Below, piece after piece: positions 1 through 9,383 of a stretch of DNA of 64,000 bases (positions within the stretch are counted from its first letter, which is position 1; each line of letters starts with the position of its first letter). The DNA is from Rhodospirillaceae bacterium (GTDB lineage: Bacteria > Pseudomonadota > Alphaproteobacteria > MPNO01 > VGEU01): NCBI GenBank assembly GCA_050249455.1, contig JBFWQM010000001.1, forward strand, positions 21,316-85,315. Direction: 5' to 3'. A program made the translations under genes and the position numbers. Below the pieces are notes generated by a model. That model saw nothing but the letters and a program-made list of their open reading frames with translations, had not been told where the DNA came from and made no database searches.

Positions 1-866
1 GCAGCCGCGCCCTGTTCGGCTCGTGTCTCTACATCCTGACCGACATCCTGCCGCGCTACGGCGTCGAGACCGTGATCGTCGACGGCACCGACTACGACCA
101 GTGGGAGCGCGCGCTGTCGAAGCCGACCGCGCTGACCTTCCTGGAGACGCCGTCCAACCCCGGGCTGGAGATCATCGACCTGCGCCGGGTCGCCGACCTG
201 ACCCACAAGGCCGGCGGCAAGCTGATCGTGGACAACGTCTTCGCCTCGCCGATCCTGCAGCGGCCGATGGAGTACGGCGCCGACATCGTCGTCTACTCCG
301 CCACCAAGCATATCGACGGCCAAGGCCGCTGCATGGGCGGCGCGCTGCTCGCAAGCAAGGAGTTCTGCGACAAGACCCTGATGCCCTACATGCGCCACAC
401 CGGCCCGGCGATGAGCCCGTTCAACGCCTGGGTGCTGCTCAAGGGCCTGGAGACCCTGGAGCTGAGGGTGCGCCGGCATTGCGAGAACGCGCGCAAGATG
501 GCCGACTTCCTGACCGGCCTCGCCGACGTCACGCGCGTGGTCTATCCCGGCCTCGGCCAGCATCCGCAGCACGCCCTGGCCAAGGCGCAGATGGATGATT
601 TCGGTAGCGTCATCACGTTCGAGGTCGCAGGCGGCAAGGAACGCGCGTTCCGCTTCCTCAACGCGCTCAGGCTGGTCGACATCTCCAACAACCTGGGCGA
701 CACCAAGAGCCTGGTCACCCATCCTGCGACCACGACGCACCAGCGGCTCAGCCCGGAAGACCGCGCCAAGCTCGGCATCACCGACGGCGTCGTGCGCATC
801 TCGGTCGGGTTGGAGGACGTGGAGGACGTCAAGGACGACGTCGCCGCGGCGCTCAAGGTCGGCTAA
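1..866 (+). CDS. metZ: O-succinylhomoserine sulfhydrylase / Cys-Met-metabolism PLP enzyme, 5'-truncated by window edge
   Basis: Open in frame from nt 3 to TAA 864-866. The translation has the PLP-lysine motif [11 protein letters not shown] and the C-terminal [17 protein letters not shown] typical of the MetZ/MetB family. The N-terminus lies outside the window. Confidence 0.85.
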   Translation, partial: SRALFGSCLYILTDILPRYGVETVIVDGTDYDQWERALSKPTALTFLETPSNPGLEIIDLRRVADLTHKAGGKLIVDNVFASPILQRPMEYGADIVVYSATKHIDGQGRCMGGALLASKEFCDKTLMPYMRHTGPAMSPFNAWVLLKGLETLELRVRRHCENARKMADFLTGLADVTRVVYPGLGQHPQHALAKAQMDDFGSVITFEVAGGKERAFRFLNALRLVDISNNLGDTKSLVTHPATTTHQRLSPEDRAKLGITDGVVRISVGLEDVEDVKDDVAAALKVG

Positions 867-886
867 GGCGCTGTTATCAGGAGGGT

Positions 887-914
887 TTGACAGCGCGGGC
901 CGGCGCTATAGAGT
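887..914 (+). promoter_or_regulatory. putative sigma70-like promoter upstream of apaG (TTGACA-N16-TAGAGT)
   Basis: TTGACA at 887-892 and TAGAGT at 909-914, in the 115-nt gap between metZ and apaG. Sequence match only. Confidence 0.3.
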
Positions 915-981
915 CGCGCCGTTGGCCGGCCCGCCCCGCACCCCGTGCGGGCGCCGGGCCGGCAGCGGAGGAAGAGCCCCG

Positions 982-1374
982 ATGTACAGCCGCACGACCC
1001 GCGAGATCCGCGTCACGGTAAAGCCGACCTACCTGGAAGACCAGTCCACCCCGGGCGAGGCGCATTTCGTGTGGGCCTATCATGTCCGGATCGAGAACGA
1101 GGGCGAGGCCACGGTTCAGCTGCTCAGCCGCTACTGGCACATCACCGATTCGATGGGCCGCGTGCAGGAAGTGCGCGGCGCCGGCGTGGTCGGCGAGCAG
1201 CCGACCCTGAAGCCCGGCGAGTCCTACGAGTACACCAGCGGCACCCCGCTGCCGACGCCGTCCGGGATCATGCACGGAACCTACGAGATGCGCACCGCCG
1301 CGGGCGAGCGTTTCGCGGTCGATATTCCCGCTTTCTCGCTCGACAGCCCGCACCAGAAGCGCCAACTGAACTGA
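982..1374 (+). CDS. apaG: ApaG (DUF525) protein
   Basis: 130 aa from ATG 982, inside track ORF 595..1374, with GGAGG about 10 nt upstream. [40 protein letters not shown] and [17 protein letters not shown] match ApaG. Confidence 0.9.
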   Translation: MYSRTTREIRVTVKPTYLEDQSTPGEAHFVWAYHVRIENEGEATVQLLSRYWHITDSMGRVQEVRGAGVVGEQPTLKPGESYEYTSGTPLPTPSGIMHGTYEMRTAAGERFAVDIPAFSLDSPHQKRQLN

Positions 1375-1427
1375 AGAGCCAGCCGGAGCGTATAGAAAGC
1401 CTCCGCACCCAGGACGAGGATCGCGCC

Positions 1428-2075
1428 GTGACGCCTTCGAAGCCAGCCGACGCCGAGATACGTGCCTTGCGGGCCGACAAGCGGCCGAGCAAGCAGGAAG
1501 CGATGGATGCCGTGCGTACCCTGCTGAGCTACGCCGGCGACGATCCGGGGCGCGAAGGCCTGCGCGACACGCCCGACCGCGTGGTGCGCGCCTACGAGGA
1601 ATGGTTCGCCGGCTACCGCACCGATCCCACCGAGTTCCTGTCGCGCACGTTCGAGGAGATCGACGGCTACGACGAGATGGTGGTGCTGCGCAACATCCGC
1701 TTCGAGTCGCACTGCGAGCACCACCTCGCCGCGATCATCGGCCAGGCGCATGTCGCCTACCTGCCGGAAAAGCGCGTGGTCGGCATCTCCAAGCTGTCGC
1801 GGCTGGTCGACGTGTTCGCCAAGCGGCTGCAGATCCAGGAGAAGATGACCAGCCAGATCGCCAACACGATCCAGGACGTCCTCAAGCCCAAGGGCGTCGC
1901 CGTGGTGATCGAGGCGGCGCACCAGTGCATGTCGACGCGCGGCGTGCACAAGGCCGGCATGACCATGGTGACCAGCCAGATGATCGGCGCCTTCCGCGAC
2001 GATCCGGCGACGCGGCGCGAGTTCCTCGCCGTCATCGGCAACCCGACCACCGGGCACCAGCTCAACCTGGCCTGA
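1428..2075 (+). CDS. folE: GTP cyclohydrolase I
   Basis: C-terminal part of track ORF 945..2075. Contains [18 protein letters not shown] and HQCMSTRGV motifs. Start is GTG 1428 (alternative ATG 1503). Confidence 0.9.
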   Translation: MTPSKPADAEIRALRADKRPSKQEAMDAVRTLLSYAGDDPGREGLRDTPDRVVRAYEEWFAGYRTDPTEFLSRTFEEIDGYDEMVVLRNIRFESHCEHHLAAIIGQAHVAYLPEKRVVGISKLSRLVDVFAKRLQIQEKMTSQIANTIQDVLKPKGVAVVIEAAHQCMSTRGVHKAGMTMVTSQMIGAFRDDPATRREFLAVIGNPTTGHQLNLA

Positions 2076-2120
2076 CGCCGCGTTCGGACGGCGGGCGGAT
2101 CGTCTGCAAGAAGGCAGTCA

Positions 2121-3569
2121 ATGCCCGACCTTCGCCCCGTCCTGTTCGTGCTCGGCGTGCTGCTGACGACGCTCGCCGTCGGCATGGCGGTGCCGGCGAT
2201 CGTCGACCTGATCAACGCGCACGACGACTGGCGGGTGTTCGCGATCTCGGCGGCGGTGACGCTGTTCGTCGGCGTGTCGCTGATGCTGACGCACGCGGCG
2301 GGCGGCGCGCGGCTGAGCATCCGGCAGGCGTTCATCCTGACGACGGTGAGCTGGATCGCCGTCACCGCCTTCGCCGCGCTGCCGTTCGTCTTCGCCGACC
2401 TCAAGATGAGCTACGCCGACGCCTTCTTCGAGGCGATGTCGGGCATCACCACCACGGGGTCCACGGTGATCTCGGGACTCGACACCCTGCCGGAAGGCAT
2501 CCTGCTGTGGCGCGCGATCCTGCACTGGTTCGGCGGCATCGGCATCATCGCGGTCAGCGTGGCGATCCTGCCGATGCTGCAGGTCGGCGGCATGCAGCTG
2601 TTCCGCATGGAATCCTCAGACCGGTCGGAGAAGGTGATGCCGCGGGCGCAGCAGATCGCCTCGGGCATCGGCCTGGTCTATATCGGCCTGTCGGTCACCT
2701 GCGCGATCCTGCTGTGGGCCTGCGGCATGTCGCTGCTCGATTCCGTCACGCACGCCATGGCGACCGTGTCGACCGGCGGGTTCTCGACCAAGGACTCCTC
2801 GGTGGGGTATTTCGACAACGCGTACGCCGAGGTCGTGATCATCGTCTTCATGCTGCTGGGCGCGCTGCCGTTCGTCGTCTACCTGCGGCTGATGAACCGC
2901 AACTTCGCGGCGCTCTATCGCGACCAGCAGGTGCGCACCTACGTCGTCGGCATCGTCGTCGCGATCGTCGCGCTGGCGCTGTGGCGCCACGCCAACAGCG
3001 GCGATTCCTTCGGCAACGCGCTGCGCGAGACGGCGTTCAACCTGATCTCGATCCTGACCACCACCGGCTTCGTCACCACCAACTACGAGGCCTGGGGCGC
3101 CTTCCCGGCCGGGCTGTTCCTGGTCGCCACCTTCATCGGCGGCTGCTCCGGCTCGACCTCGGGCGGGCTCAAGGTCTACCGGTTCCAGATCCTGTTCGCC
3201 GCCGCGAAGACCGAGATCTACCGGCTGATCCAGCCGCACGGCATCCGCGTGGCGCGGTTCAACGGCCGGCCGATCGACGAGGAGGTCGTGCGTTCGGTGA
3301 TGGCCTATTTCTACCTCTACGTCATCGCGTTCTGCGGGCTGACGGTCGGCCTCGCGTTCTGCGGCCTCGACACGCTCACGGCGGTGTCGGGCGCGGCGAC
3401 GGCGATCGGCAACGTCGGTCCCGGCCTCGGCGCCATCATCGGGCCGGACGGCAACTTCTCGACCCTGTCCGACCTTGCGAAGTGGATGCTGTCGGCCGGC
3501 ATGCTGCTGGGCCGGCTCGAGATCTTCACCGTGATCGTGCTGTTCTCCCGCACCTTCTGGCGCGGCTGA
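2121..3569 (+). CDS. trkH: TrkH-family potassium uptake protein
   Basis: 482-aa polytopic membrane protein with four pore-loop-like motifs (SGITTTGST, TVSTGGFST, ILTTTGFVT, GSTSGGLK) characteristic of TrkH/KtrB. Confidence 0.9.
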   Translation: MPDLRPVLFVLGVLLTTLAVGMAVPAIVDLINAHDDWRVFAISAAVTLFVGVSLMLTHAAGGARLSIRQAFILTTVSWIAVTAFAALPFVFADLKMSYADAFFEAMSGITTTGSTVISGLDTLPEGILLWRAILHWFGGIGIIAVSVAILPMLQVGGMQLFRMESSDRSEKVMPRAQQIASGIGLVYIGLSVTCAILLWACGMSLLDSVTHAMATVSTGGFSTKDSSVGYFDNAYAEVVIIVFMLLGALPFVVYLRLMNRNFAALYRDQQVRTYVVGIVVAIVALALWRHANSGDSFGNALRETAFNLISILTTTGFVTTNYEAWGAFPAGLFLVATFIGGCSGSTSGGLKVYRFQILFAAAKTEIYRLIQPHGIRVARFNGRPIDEEVVRSVMAYFYLYVIAFCGLTVGLAFCGLDTLTAVSGAATAIGNVGPGLGAIIGPDGNFSTLSDLAKWMLSAGMLLGRLEIFTVIVLFSRTFWRG

Positions 3570-3575
3570 GGACGG

Positions 3576-4433
3576 CTACCGCCTGCGCCGGCCTTCCTTC
3601 TCCGCGAAGGCGTCGTAGAGCGCGCGGGCGCGCGCCATCATCGGGCCGGGCTCGAACCCGCGGTCCTCGATGCGGATGCACGGCACCACCTTGGCGTAGT
3701 TGCCGGTGGCGAACACCTCATCGGCCGTCAGCAGGTCGGCGAAGCCGAGCGCGCATTCCTCCACCGCCACGCCGTCGTCGCGCAGCAGGCCGATCACCCG
3801 CGCGCGCGTGATGCCGGCCAGGAACGTGCCGTTGGCCGCCGGAGTCCGGACCACGCCGTCCTTCGCCATGAACAGGTTCGCGGTCGCGAACTCCGCGACG
3901 TGGCCCAGCGGGTCGAGCGCGACGGCGGTGTCGACGCCCCGGGACCGCGCCTCGCGCAGCATGCGCGCCACGTTGGGATAGAGCGCGCCCGTCTTCGCCT
4001 CGGTCGGCGCCATGTCGGGGGCGGGGCGGCGGAACGACGACAGGCAGGCGGTCAGCCGCCGTTCGGCCGGCATCGGCGCCTCCACGATCGTCATCACGAA
4101 GCGCGTGGATTCGGGCTTTGCGACGATGAAGCCTTCCTCGGCCCAGAACATCGGGCGGATGTAGAGCGCGGTGCCGGGCGGGAACCGCTCGATGCCCTCC
4201 CAGGCGATCGCCTCGATCTCGCCGGGCGACAGCATCGGCTCCAGGCCCATCGCGAGCGCCGAGCGCACCACACGGGCGCAGTGCCGGTCGAGGTCGGGCG
4301 CCAGGCCGCGATAGGCGCGCGCGCCGTCGAACACCGACGACGCCATCCACACCGAATGCGACATCGGCCCGATCACCGGCGGGTTGCCGTCGATCCAGCG
4401 GCCGTCGATGTAGTTGACCTTGCGACCTTCCAT
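3576..4433 (-). CDS. fold-type IV PLP aminotransferase (branched-chain/D-amino-acid aminotransferase family)
   Basis: 285 aa from ATG at 4433, inside track ORF 3576..5075. [18 protein letters not shown] and [14 protein letters not shown] fit class IV aminotransferases. The upstream part of the track ORF is Arg/Pro-rich off-frame-like sequence. Confidence 0.85.
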   Translation of the reverse strand: MEGRKVNYIDGRWIDGNPPVIGPMSHSVWMASSVFDGARAYRGLAPDLDRHCARVVRSALAMGLEPMLSPGEIEAIAWEGIERFPPGTALYIRPMFWAEEGFIVAKPESTRFVMTIVEAPMPAERRLTACLSSFRRPAPDMAPTEAKTGALYPNVARMLREARSRGVDTAVALDPLGHVAEFATANLFMAKDGVVRTPAANGTFLAGITRARVIGLLRDDGVAVEECALGFADLLTADEVFATGNYAKVVPCIRIEDRGFEPGPMMARARALYDAFAEKEGRRRR

Positions 4434-4495
4434 GGCGCGTCGACCGTAAGGCTGTTGCGGCAGGGGCGAACGCCCGCCGCCACGATAGCGCGATC

Positions 4496-4960
4496 TCAGT
4501 GCAGCGTCGCGGGGTCCACGACCGCCTGGTCGGCATGGCCGGCGAACGCCTCGGCATAGGCCTTGATGCGCCGGATCATGGCGTGCAGCCCGTTGGCGCG
4601 GCTGCCGGTCAGGTGGGAGCCGAGCTCGATGCGGGCCAGGAAATCGGGGGGCGTCGCCAGGATCTCGGCCGGCGCGCGCCCGGAATAGACCCGCAGAAGC
4701 AGCGCGATCAGCCCCTTGACGATCAGCGCGTCGGAATCCGCCACGAAATGGATGCGTCCGCCGTCGCGCCAGGCATGGAACCAGACCCGCGACTGGCAAC
4801 CCTGCACCCGGTGCGCCTCGTCGCGATAGGCCTCCTCCAGCGGCGGCAGGGCGCGGCCGAGGTCGACCAGGTACTCGTAGCGGCCGGTCCAGTCGTCGAA
4901 CAGCGAGAACTCCTCGACGATCCGGTCGGTTTCTTCCGCGATGGTGTCGCTGTCGCCCAT
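4496..4960 (-). CDS. sufE: SufE-like cysteine desulfuration (sulfur acceptor) protein
   Basis: 154 aa from ATG at 4960. Has the conserved-Cys motif HRVQGCQSRVW and LTGSRANGL typical of SufE/CsdE. Confidence 0.85.
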   Translation of the reverse strand: MGDSDTIAEETDRIVEEFSLFDDWTGRYEYLVDLGRALPPLEEAYRDEAHRVQGCQSRVWFHAWRDGGRIHFVADSDALIVKGLIALLLRVYSGRAPAEILATPPDFLARIELGSHLTGSRANGLHAMIRRIKAYAEAFAGHADQAVVDPATLH

Positions 4961-5147
4961 GGTCCCCGCCGGGTGGCTTGCTGGCATCGATATAGTCGGG
5001 GCGGCGCGGCCGATCAACACGGCGCGCCGCAATTGCCACGGCCGGCGGAATCCGGCTTAATCGTTCGCAAGGCACAAAGCCGCCGCCGCCGCAGGCCGCC
5101 GATGAACGGCCGGGCGTCGCGATACAACCAGCCGGGAGGGAATCGTC

Positions 5148-6113
5148 ATGCGGGACTTCGCGTCACGTGTCTTCGGCGTTTGCGTCGCACTCGGGACGGC
5201 GGCCGGCGCCGCCGGCGCCCAGACCGTCGGCTTCGCCACCGGGCCGCAGGCGACGCCGACCAACGCCACCGGATCGGCCATCGCCAAGGTGGTCAACGAG
5301 GCCTCGGGCCTGCAGACGCGGGCGGTGCCGCACACCTCCAACGAGGTATCGCTCGGGCCGCTCAACCGCGGCCAGGTCGAATTCGCCATCGCCAACGTCG
5401 ATGTCGCGACCAGCGCCCTCCAGGGCATCGAGATCTTCGACGGCCGCAAGCACGACCAGCTCCGCGTGGTCGCCCGGCTGTTTCCGCTCAACGTCGGGAT
5501 CGTCGTGCGCAAGGATTCGCCGATCCGCAGCGCGGCCGACCTGAAGGGCCGCTGCTTCCCGACCGAGTACACGGCCCAGAAGGGCCTCCTCAAGGTCGTC
5601 GACGCGCTGCTGGGCAACGCCGGGCTGACGCTGGCCGACATCAAGGGATCGCCGGTCCCCAACACCACCCGCGGCGGCGAGGACTTCGTCCAGGGCAAGT
5701 GCGACAGCGCGGTGATGGCGCTCGGCGCGGCGCGGCTGAAGCAGACCGACGCCCAGGTCGGCGGCGTGCGCATCCTGCCGATCGACACCTCGGCCGACGC
5801 CATGGCGCGCATGCGCAAGCACCTGCCGGTCGCCGTCGCCTACAGCCTCAAGCCGGGCGAGCTGCCCGGGGCGGACGTGGCGACACCGATCATGTCCTAC
5901 GACACCCTGCTGGTCGCCGGCGCCCAGACCAAGGACGACGTCGTCTACCAGACCGTCAAGGCGATGCACATCGGCAAGGACAAGCTGGTCGCCATCACCC
6001 CGGTGCTGCGCGACTTCGAGCCGGCGAAGATGCACACGAAGTACGTCGGGCTGCAGTACCACCCCGGCGCGGTGAAATACTATGGGGAGGCCGGCGTCGC
6101 GCTGACCGACTGA
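5148..6113 (+). CDS. TAXI-family TRAP transporter solute-binding protein
   Basis: 321 aa with a signal peptide (VALGTAAGAAGAQ). GGGAGGG lies upstream of the ATG. It sits 12 nt upstream of a fused TRAP permease. Family assignment is by recall of TAXI receptors. Confidence 0.8.
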   Translation: MRDFASRVFGVCVALGTAAGAAGAQTVGFATGPQATPTNATGSAIAKVVNEASGLQTRAVPHTSNEVSLGPLNRGQVEFAIANVDVATSALQGIEIFDGRKHDQLRVVARLFPLNVGIVVRKDSPIRSAADLKGRCFPTEYTAQKGLLKVVDALLGNAGLTLADIKGSPVPNTTRGGEDFVQGKCDSAVMALGAARLKQTDAQVGGVRILPIDTSADAMARMRKHLPVAVAYSLKPGELPGADVATPIMSYDTLLVAGAQTKDDVVYQTVKAMHIGKDKLVAITPVLRDFEPAKMHTKYVGLQYHPGAVKYYGEAGVALTD

Positions 6114-6125
6114 CGGCGACCGGCC

Positions 6126-8096
6126 GTGGCCGACGCGCGCGACGAGGCGGCGCTTGAGCTCGGCGAAGGGCCGGTCTCGCGCGCCCCCGGGGCCGCCCGC
6201 GTGGCGATCGTGGTGGCGGCGGGCGCGCTCACCGTCGCCGCGATCGTGCGCTCGCTCGACCTCGACCGCGCCGTCGGCATCCTGCTCCATACCGAGCAGT
6301 TCCTGTTCGGCATGCTCGGCGTCGGCTACTTCCTGGTGTTCCTGCATCTCGGCGCCGACCGCCGGCCGCGGACCGGCCCGGTGCCGTGGTACGACGTCGC
6401 GCTGGCGCTGATCGGCGCGGCGACCGGCTTCTGGCTCGCCGTGCGCTACCCGCAGCTCGCCGACATCGTGTTCGACGAGCCGCCGGAGGCGCTGGTCACC
6501 GGCACGATCATCTTCTTCCTGACGATCGAGGGGCTGCGGCGGACCGCCGGCCCGATCCTGCTCGCGGTGCTGCTGTTCTTCATCGCCTTCGGCGTCGCCG
6601 GCCAGTTCGTGCCCGGCCAGCTCCAGGGCCGGCCGATCGCGTTCGGCCAGCTCGTCAGCTACCTGACCTTCGACACCAACTCGCTGATCGGCACGCCGAT
6701 CAAGGTCGTCACCACCGTCGTCGTCGCGTTCCTGCTGTTCGGGGCGCTGCTGTTCCGCTCCGGCGGCTCGGCGTTCTTCACCGACCTCGCCACGGCGGCG
6801 ATGGGGCGCACCCGCGGCGGGTCGGCCAAGATCGCGGTGATCGCCTCCAGCCTGTTCGGCACCATCTCGGGCAGCGCCGTCTCCAACGTCCTGTCGACCG
6901 GCGTCATCACCATCCCCCTGATGCGCAACGCCGGCTATCGGCCGCATTCCGCGGCGGCGATCGAGGCGGTGGCGTCCACCGGCGGCCAGCTGATGCCGCC
7001 GGTGATGGGCGCGGTCGCCTTCGTGATGGCCGAATACCTCAACGTCTCCTACACCGACGTGGTCATCGCGGCGGTCGTGCCGTCGCTCCTCTACTATGTC
7101 GCGCTGTTCATCCAGGCCGACCTGGAGGCCGCGCGCGAAGGCATCGCCCCGGTGCCGCAGTCGCTGATCCCGCGGCTCGCGCCGGTGCTGAAGGGCGGCT
7201 GGCCGTTCGTCGCGCCGTTCTTCGTCCTGATCTACGGCATGTTCGCGCTCAACCTCGCGCCGGAGACCGCGGCGCTCTACGCCTGCGCGGTCCTGCTGCT
7301 GATCGGCCTGTTCGTCGGCTACCGCGGCCGGCGCATGCGGCTCGGCGACCTGCCGGCGATGCTGGCGCAGACCGGCGTCCTGGTGCTCGACCTCGTCATG
7401 ATCGGCGCCGCGGTCGGGCTGATCATCGGCATCCTGAACCAGTCCGGGCTCGGCTTCGCGCTGACCCTGATGCTGGTCAACATGGGCGGCGGCAGCCTGC
7501 TGCTGCTGCTGCTGCTCGCCGGGCTGGTCTGCTTCGTGCTGGGGATGGGGATGCCGACGCTCGCCGTCTACATCCTGGTCGCCACCCTGATCGCGCCGGC
7601 GATGGTGGAGACCGGCATCAACCCGATGGCGGCGCACATGTTCGTGCTCTACCTCGGGATGCTGTCGTTCATCACCCCGCCGGTGTGCATCGCCGCCTTC
7701 GCCGCCGCCAACCTGGCCCGCGCCGACCCGATGCGCACCGGCTTCGCCGCGACCCGGTTCGGCTGGGCGGCCTTCGTGGTGCCGTTCCTGTTCGTGTTCG
7801 AGCCCAGCCTCATCCTGCAGGGCACGGCGTTGGAGCTGGTCCACGACGTCGGCACCGCGATCGCTGGGGTGTGGATCGCGACCATGGGCATCGCCGGCTA
7901 TTCGCTGCGCCGCATCGGCTGGGCGGCGCGGATCGGCTATACGGCTGCCGGCCTGCTGCTGCTGATCCCGGCCAGCCTGCTGCCGGGCGACAACGTGACC
8001 ACTTATGTCGGCGTCGCCGCGGCGGCGGCGCTTCTGGCGCGGGACTGGATGAAGGCCGGCCGGTCCCGCCGGGCCGGCGCGGCGGTCGCCGAATAG
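6126..8096 (+). CDS. TRAP transporter fused 4TM/12TM permease (TAXI type)
   Basis: 656-aa highly hydrophobic protein with many TM segments. Its size and adjacency to the TAXI receptor fit the fused DctQM-like permease. Confidence 0.85.
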   Translation: MADARDEAALELGEGPVSRAPGAARVAIVVAAGALTVAAIVRSLDLDRAVGILLHTEQFLFGMLGVGYFLVFLHLGADRRPRTGPVPWYDVALALIGAATGFWLAVRYPQLADIVFDEPPEALVTGTIIFFLTIEGLRRTAGPILLAVLLFFIAFGVAGQFVPGQLQGRPIAFGQLVSYLTFDTNSLIGTPIKVVTTVVVAFLLFGALLFRSGGSAFFTDLATAAMGRTRGGSAKIAVIASSLFGTISGSAVSNVLSTGVITIPLMRNAGYRPHSAAAIEAVASTGGQLMPPVMGAVAFVMAEYLNVSYTDVVIAAVVPSLLYYVALFIQADLEAAREGIAPVPQSLIPRLAPVLKGGWPFVAPFFVLIYGMFALNLAPETAALYACAVLLLIGLFVGYRGRRMRLGDLPAMLAQTGVLVLDLVMIGAAVGLIIGILNQSGLGFALTLMLVNMGGGSLLLLLLLAGLVCFVLGMGMPTLAVYILVATLIAPAMVETGINPMAAHMFVLYLGMLSFITPPVCIAAFAAANLARADPMRTGFAATRFGWAAFVVPFLFVFEPSLILQGTALELVHDVGTAIAGVWIATMGIAGYSLRRIGWAARIGYTAAGLLLLIPASLLPGDNVTTYVGVAAAAALLARDWMKAGRSRRAGAAVAE

Positions 8097-8231
8097 CGCG
8101 CCCGCGGGGGTCCCGCGGCCTTGTTCCGACTCTCCCGTTCGGGTTAGGTTGCCGAACGGGCCGGACTCCCTCGCGGCCGGCGAAAACGCGGCGTTTTCCC
8201 TGATGGACTGCCTCACCGTGGCGCTGGCGTC

Positions 8232-9344
8232 ATGACCGATCCCTACACCCTCCTGGGACCGCTGATCCGTGCGCTGCCGCCCGAGGCCGCCCATCGCCTG
8301 GCCATCGCGGCGCTGCGCCGCGGCCTGGTCCGCGCGCCGGCCGTTCCCGACGACCTGGTCCTCGCCGTCCGGCTGTGGGACATGACCTTCCCCAACCCGG
8401 TCGGCCTCGCCGCCGGCTTCGACAAGGGGGCGGAGGTCCCGGACGCCATGCTGGCGCTGGGCTTCGGCTTCGTGGAGGCGGGCACGGTGACCCCGCGGCC
8501 GCAGCCCGGCAACCCCAAGCCGCGGCTGTTCCGACTGTCGGCCGACCATGCGGTCATCAACCGCCTCGGCTTCAACAGCGAGGGGCTGGAGGCGGTGGCC
8601 GTGCGCCTGGCCGCGCGCCGCGGCCGGCCCGGCATCGTCGGCGCCAACGTGGGCCGCAACGCCGAGACGGCGGACGCGGTGGGCGACTTCGTGCAGGGCG
8701 TCGAACGGCTGGCGCCGCTGGCCGACTACGTGGTGGTCAACATCTCCTCGCCCAACACCAAGGGCCTGCGCGACATGCAGCGGCGGGCGAGCCTCGATGC
8801 GCTGGTGCGCCAGGTGGTCGCCGCGCGCGACCGCGCCGCCACCGCCGGCCGCCGGCCGCCGCTCCTGGTCAAGATCGCGCCCGACCTGGATGCCGAGGCG
8901 CGCGCCGACGTCGCCGCGGTCGTGCTGGCGCGCGGCGCCGACGGCCTGATCGTGTGCAACACGACGGTGGAGCGTCCGGCCACGCTGGCGGACCCGCAGC
9001 GGGGCGAGGCCGGCGGCCTGTCCGGCCGGCCGCTGTTCCCGATGGCGCTGGCGGCGGTCGCCGATATGTACCGGCTGACCGAAGGGCGGCTGCCGATCGT
9101 CGGCTCCGGCGGGATCGGCTCGGGCGAGGACGCCTACCGGATGATCCGCGCCGGCGCCTCGCTGGTGCAGTTCTACAGCGCGCTGGTGTTCGAAGGGCCC
9201 GGCCTGGCCGGGCGGATCAAGCGCGAGCTCGCCCAGCGCCTGCGCGCCGACGGGTTCCGCTCGGTCGCCGAGGCCGTCGGCGCCGATGCGCAACAGGTTG
9301 CCGAACAGGGTTTCCGGTCCGTTAACGCAATCTCAAGACCCTGA
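8232..9344 (+). CDS. pyrD: dihydroorotate dehydrogenase (quinone), class 2
   Basis: Motifs GFVEAGTVTPRPQPGNPKPRLFRL, INRLGFNSEG, NISSPNT and IVGSGGI. Confidence 0.9.
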   Translation: MTDPYTLLGPLIRALPPEAAHRLAIAALRRGLVRAPAVPDDLVLAVRLWDMTFPNPVGLAAGFDKGAEVPDAMLALGFGFVEAGTVTPRPQPGNPKPRLFRLSADHAVINRLGFNSEGLEAVAVRLAARRGRPGIVGANVGRNAETADAVGDFVQGVERLAPLADYVVVNISSPNTKGLRDMQRRASLDALVRQVVAARDRAATAGRRPPLLVKIAPDLDAEARADVAAVVLARGADGLIVCNTTVERPATLADPQRGEAGGLSGRPLFPMALAAVADMYRLTEGRLPIVGSGGIGSGEDAYRMIRAGASLVQFYSALVFEGPGLAGRIKRELAQRLRADGFRSVAEAVGADAQQVAEQGFRSVNAISRP

Positions 9345-9383
9345 AGGGAAAGTCGCCCGGCCAATGCCGTATTCCCAGTTCAG

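Noticed and set aside
1601-3811. 736-aa plus-strand ORF overlapping folE and trkH in another frame
   Set aside because: It is an Arg/Gly/Pro/Asp-rich off-frame translation, and both overlapped genes have strong motif support.
5163-9293. 1,376-aa minus-strand ORF spanning the TAXI-TRAP genes and pyrD
   Set aside because: Its composition is extremely Arg/Gly/Ala/Asp/Pro-rich with no recognisable motif. It is fully antisense to three plus-strand genes with strong family signatures. Long stop-free antisense frames are expected at ~70% GC.
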